A DNA stretch of 64,000 bases. Source: Aureliella sp. (GTDB lineage: Bacteria > Planctomycetota > Planctomycetia > Pirellulales > Pirellulaceae). A program made the translations under genes and the position numbers. The notes beneath the pieces were generated by a model that saw nothing but the letters and a program-made list of their open reading frames with translations, was not told the DNA's origin and ran no database searches. The stretch is taken from contig OY829846.1 in NCBI GenBank assembly GCA_963691875.1, positions 864,001 to 928,000 on the forward strand. Reading direction: 5' to 3'. Shown here in pieces: positions 60,250 to 64,000 of the stretch. Every line of letters starts with the position of its first letter. The stretch's first letter is position 1.

Positions 60250-60918
60250 ATGGAAGAAAAAAACGTTGAGGGCCTTGCTCAGGCTGATTCAGTTCAAGAC
60301 GAAATCGCGGAGAACCAGCCGCCGCGATTGACCGACGAGAAACAGATCTCGGCCGCGAGCCCTTTTTCGCAGCGTTTTCGAAAGATTTCGGTGCATTCCG
60401 ATACGAAGCAGCTGACCGACTGGATCAACAACACAGTTGGCTCTGAGAGTTATGGGGCAACACGAGTTTTCGACCTGTTTACCCTACTCGCCGTCACCGT
60501 AGGCTTCGCAGTTCTATTTGCGTTGCTAAAGCTAGCCGAGCCAATCTTTGAGGAACATCTGCCGCAAGTATATTTGGCATGTGCTTCGTATATCGTTCTC
60601 ATAGCCGTCGCTCAACAATGGTCATTCGGGGGCAAGAAACCGCGACTGGCATCCATTCTTTGCGGACCGATTGCCTACTTTATTCTTTCATTGGGTTTTC
60701 TACTCAACCGACAAATCATGGGGACCGTTTATCTATTCCCGCTTCAACTGATGCTATCGCTCGTCTGCTCCCTCCCGCTTGGAATCTTTCTTGGTTACGT
60801 CGCCGGTGGTGCCATTGCTGGAGTCTTCCTCCTCGCAGATAAGCTGCGTAACTATTGGAAAAGGTCCGAAACTCCCGTAAGTGAGGGCACGGACTCAATG
60901 TGGGATTCGGAAGGTTAG
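60250..60918 (+). CDS. Hypothetical multi-pass membrane protein
   Basis: About four hydrophobic segments after FDLFTLL. Start uncertain. Confidence 0.7.
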   Translation: MEEKNVEGLAQADSVQDEIAENQPPRLTDEKQISAASPFSQRFRKISVHSDTKQLTDWINNTVGSESYGATRVFDLFTLLAVTVGFAVLFALLKLAEPIFEEHLPQVYLACASYIVLIAVAQQWSFGGKKPRLASILCGPIAYFILSLGFLLNRQIMGTVYLFPLQLMLSLVCSLPLGIFLGYVAGGAIAGVFLLADKLRNYWKRSETPVSEGTDSMWDSEG

Positions 60919-61117
60919 TTCGTGCACAAGATAACTAGCAAGCACTTTAAGAATCGAAGATTTACAGCACGTCTATGATGCTGTGTCGAGCAACTCGAAA
61001 AATAGCTGGCTGAAAAGCAGCGAGGCAACAGCTCATCCAAATTCTGGGGAGTAACGACAGTGCTGCACTGCCAGTCAATCAGAACCAGAGCCTAGCAGGA
61101 CCTATCGCAAACATCAG

Positions 61118-61903
61118 ATGCAAGAACGAAGCGAGCACTCTGACAACACTACAAACAGACTTGCAGTTCCAATTGGAGATCAATCGAGGAGCGGAGGCAG
61201 CGCGTGGTTGAAAGGCGTCGCGCTCATGTTGCTGCTATTTCTGGCTTGGCAGCTTTACTTCTGGTTTGGCGACCAACTTAGCATTCACAGCCTTGCCGAA
61301 CGCGAGACGCAACTCCAAGCCCTGCAGGAGGCACGCCCTGGATTGGTCATGCTCGTTGCATTCGCGCTGTACGTTATTGTCACAGGACTCTCGTTACCTG
61401 GAGCCACCGCCATGACGCTTGTTGTCTCGTGGTACTTGGGCTTCTGGCGCAGTTTATTGCTCATAAGCTTTGCTTCAACGACTGGAGCGACGGTCGCATT
61501 CTTGCTCAGCCGCTATCTTCTACGCGACTGGATGAGCAGCCGATTCGGTGATCGACTGGACGGCTTCAATCGAAACCTGGAAAAAGACGGAGTATTTTAT
61601 CTCTTTACCTTGCGTCTGATTCCGGTCGTTCCATTCTTCGTAATCAATGTCGTAATGGGTTTAACACCGATTAAGACTTGGACTTTCTGGTGGGTAAGCC
61701 AAGTTGGTATGTTCGCTGGGACTTGTGTTTATATTTATGCTGGGGCAAGCGTGCCAAGTCTCAAGGTGCTGGCAGAGCGTGGCATAAGTGAAATCGTTTC
61801 TCCACAGCTTCTGCTCGCCTTTGCGCTTCTGGGGCTGTTTCCACTCATCGTCAGGAAAACTTTGACTTGGGCGACAGGTAAACGAACCGAGGAACAAAAC
61901 TGA
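61118..61903 (+). CDS. TVP38/TMEM64 (DedA/SNARE_assoc) membrane protein
   Basis: LSLPGA, ST.GAT.AFL.SRY, LRLIPVVPFF.IN and SQVGM. Confidence 0.92.
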   Translation: MQERSEHSDNTTNRLAVPIGDQSRSGGSAWLKGVALMLLLFLAWQLYFWFGDQLSIHSLAERETQLQALQEARPGLVMLVAFALYVIVTGLSLPGATAMTLVVSWYLGFWRSLLLISFASTTGATVAFLLSRYLLRDWMSSRFGDRLDGFNRNLEKDGVFYLFTLRLIPVVPFFVINVVMGLTPIKTWTFWWVSQVGMFAGTCVYIYAGASVPSLKVLAERGISEIVSPQLLLAFALLGLFPLIVRKTLTWATGKRTEEQN

Positions 61904-61942
61904 TACGTTAAACCATCTCTTTGCCCAACTCTGGATATCCCC

Positions 61943-63469
61943 ATGCCTCTTGATCTCCCCGCACTCCAGCCTCTCGACAAACACAATCAATTGCTTGCAA
62001 GCAACGTGCATCCCGAGGACTGGCAGAATCCAATTCCGAAGGGTCGGTACCATCTGGTCGTGATCGGCGCCGGAACGGCCGGACTAGTCACAGCAGCGGG
62101 TGCAGCCGGACTAGGGGCAAGAGTAGCCTTGGTCGAGCGTGAGCTGATGGGTGGCGACTGTTTGAATGTTGGCTGCGTGCCTTCGAAAGGTCTGCTCAGC
62201 GCATCTCGAGCTGCCAACGCAGTTCGGAATGCTGCGAATTTTAGTGTCAAAGTGCATGGAGGCTGCCACGTTGATTTTGCTGATGTCATGCAACGCATGC
62301 GTCGCCTTCGCGCCGGGATCAGCCATCACGATTCGGCCAAGCGTTTTCGAGGCCTTGGTGTCGATGTCTTCCTGGGGCAAGGCACATTCTTGGATTCGTC
62401 TACGGTGCAAGTCGCAGATCGAAAGCTTTCATTCAAGAAGGCCGTCATCGCCACAGGTGCTCGTGCCGCCAAGCTGGCGATTCCGGGCTGGGATGAGGTC
62501 AACCCACTCACTAATGAGACGCTTTTCTCTTTGCCAGATTTGCCAAAGAAGTTGGTCGTGATAGGAGGCGGCCCTATCGGCTGTGAGATGGCACAAGCTT
62601 TCGCACGTTTCGGATCAGAGGTTCACTTGCTGGAAGCCAGCACCCACATTCTGAGCCGCGAAGATCAGGAGGCCGCTTTGATCGTCCAGGAATCATTAAG
62701 ACGCGATGGCGTGCAGGTACATTTGGAAGCTTCGGTGAAGAGATTTGAAGCCGCAAACGACCGGAAGTACGTTCACTTCGATGCGAAGAACGGCCCCGAC
62801 TCATCGCTTGAAGCAAATCAGATTCTGGTGGCAATTGGACGCCAACCAAACCTCGAAGGTCTCGGCCTGGAGGAAGTCGGTGTCAGCTTCGATTCTCGCT
62901 CAGGCATTCAGGTCAACGATCGATTGCAAACAACAAACCCAAAGATCTTTGCAGCGGGCGACGTCGCATCCAAGTACAAGTTCACGCACGCGGCCGATTT
63001 CATGGCGCGTTCGGTGATACAAAATGCTCTATTTATGGGGCGAGCCAAAGCAAGTTCACTCTTGATTCCCTGGGCTACCTACACCTCCCCCGAACTCGCG
63101 CATGTTGGATTGACCGAACTGCAAGCCGAAGAGCGCGGCGTTGCCAGCGACACTTTTGTACAGCAGTTCTCCAGCGTCGACCGAGCGATTCTAGATGGAC
63201 AAACGGAGGGATTTGTGAAGGTCGTGGTCAAGCGGAGGACGGACAAGATTCTTGGGGCAACAGTTGTTTCCGAACACGCAGGTGATTTGATCGGCCACTT
63301 GTGCTTCGCTATGACACATGGAATGGGATTAAAGAAACTGGGCAGCACCATTCACCCTTACCCAACGCAGGCCGAAGCTATCCGAAAGCTTGGTGATCAA
63401 TACAATCGCACAAGACTTACACCGACGGTCTCAAAGCTGATGAAAACTTGGCTCAATTGGACCCTTTAA
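61943..63469 (+). CDS. Class-I pyridine nucleotide-disulfide oxidoreductase (MerA/LpdA-like)
   Basis: GAGTAG, GGDCLNVGCVPSK, GGGPIG.E, FTH.A and HPYPT.AE; no C-terminal Cys-Cys. Confidence 0.9.
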   Translation: MPLDLPALQPLDKHNQLLASNVHPEDWQNPIPKGRYHLVVIGAGTAGLVTAAGAAGLGARVALVERELMGGDCLNVGCVPSKGLLSASRAANAVRNAANFSVKVHGGCHVDFADVMQRMRRLRAGISHHDSAKRFRGLGVDVFLGQGTFLDSSTVQVADRKLSFKKAVIATGARAAKLAIPGWDEVNPLTNETLFSLPDLPKKLVVIGGGPIGCEMAQAFARFGSEVHLLEASTHILSREDQEAALIVQESLRRDGVQVHLEASVKRFEAANDRKYVHFDAKNGPDSSLEANQILVAIGRQPNLEGLGLEEVGVSFDSRSGIQVNDRLQTTNPKIFAAGDVASKYKFTHAADFMARSVIQNALFMGRAKASSLLIPWATYTSPELAHVGLTELQAEERGVASDTFVQQFSSVDRAILDGQTEGFVKVVVKRRTDKILGATVVSEHAGDLIGHLCFAMTHGMGLKKLGSTIHPYPTQAEAIRKLGDQYNRTRLTPTVSKLMKTWLNWTL

Positions 63470-64000
63470 AGATATGGACTGACTCACCTAATACGACAGC
63501 TTACGCTTTGGCCTGAAATGACTGAGCGGCAGCTGCGCTGGCAAAGAAGCAAGAGCTGACTAAAACTTTTCTTGCTGCAACAGCTCTTCAGCAGTGATGG
63601 CAGCAGACAAGTGGACGCCGTAGCTTCGATCCCGATGCAGAACTAGTTCCGTTGAAGAGACCATTGACTCACTTGATTTCCTCCGCCGTTTTCACGCGGG
63701 ATAACAGATCAACTGAATGCTTGTAATTTTCGACGTTGTCTTGCTTTCGAAAATGGCGGCCGTGCTATGATTTATGTCGAGCCCCGCCCAGATGTTGGCC
63801 CCTTCCGAATCGACCATCGCAAAGGCAAAGCCACCCTGCCTATGCGCTATTTCTGAACTCTTCAGCACGGCTGACGGCTTCGTCCAAAGCTTGCCGGATA
63901 AAAATCCTTCTCGGCTTTTCAATCTCTTGAACGTCGCTGCTACGCAAAAACCAAAAGTTTCACGGCAAAGCCAGCAACTTCGAAAACCACAAGAACGCAA

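Noticed and set aside
61943..63469. merA call
   Set aside because: No C-terminal Cys-Cys, no N-terminal metal-binding domain, no merR/T/P neighbours.
1..64000. Numerous 60-240 aa antisense or nested ORFs in the six-frame track
   Set aside because: They shadow well-supported genes and show no recognisable motifs.
63480..64000. ORFs at the right edge (63692-64000 minus, 63736-63930 plus)
   Set aside because: No recognisable motif and truncated by the window; cannot be supported.

Overview
Bacterial chromosomal window that looks like a planctomycete (Pirellulaceae-like); this is inferred from a DUF1559 gene with its lipoprotein partner, three sulfatases, a PQQ-type beta-propeller, an SHD1-like module and a MoxR-vWA cluster. 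It holds housekeeping genes (guaB, ribD, a 4-domain S1 protein, CinA/PncC), many secreted hydrolases, and a ~15.5 kb minus-strand 9-gene operon (37789 to 22259): MoxR ATPase, DUF58, two vWA membrane proteins, a large coiled-coil protein, two paralogous LTxxQ-type helical proteins, an exported prenyltransferase/squalene-cyclase-fold protein and a large TlpA-type thioredoxin. Three things stand out. (1) That operon is a candidate uncharacterised envelope assembly/folding system. (2) One protein has a voltage-sensor-like domain and a C-terminal coiled coil but no pore, an Hv1-like layout. (3) Several apparently intergenic gaps are decayed genes the ORF track misses (alpha/beta esterase, DUF3667, alginate-export porin), and a Ser/Thr kinase is broken only in its kinase half. 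No rRNA, tRNA, CRISPR array or intact mobile element was recognised. All family calls come from reading motifs by eye; no database searches were run.
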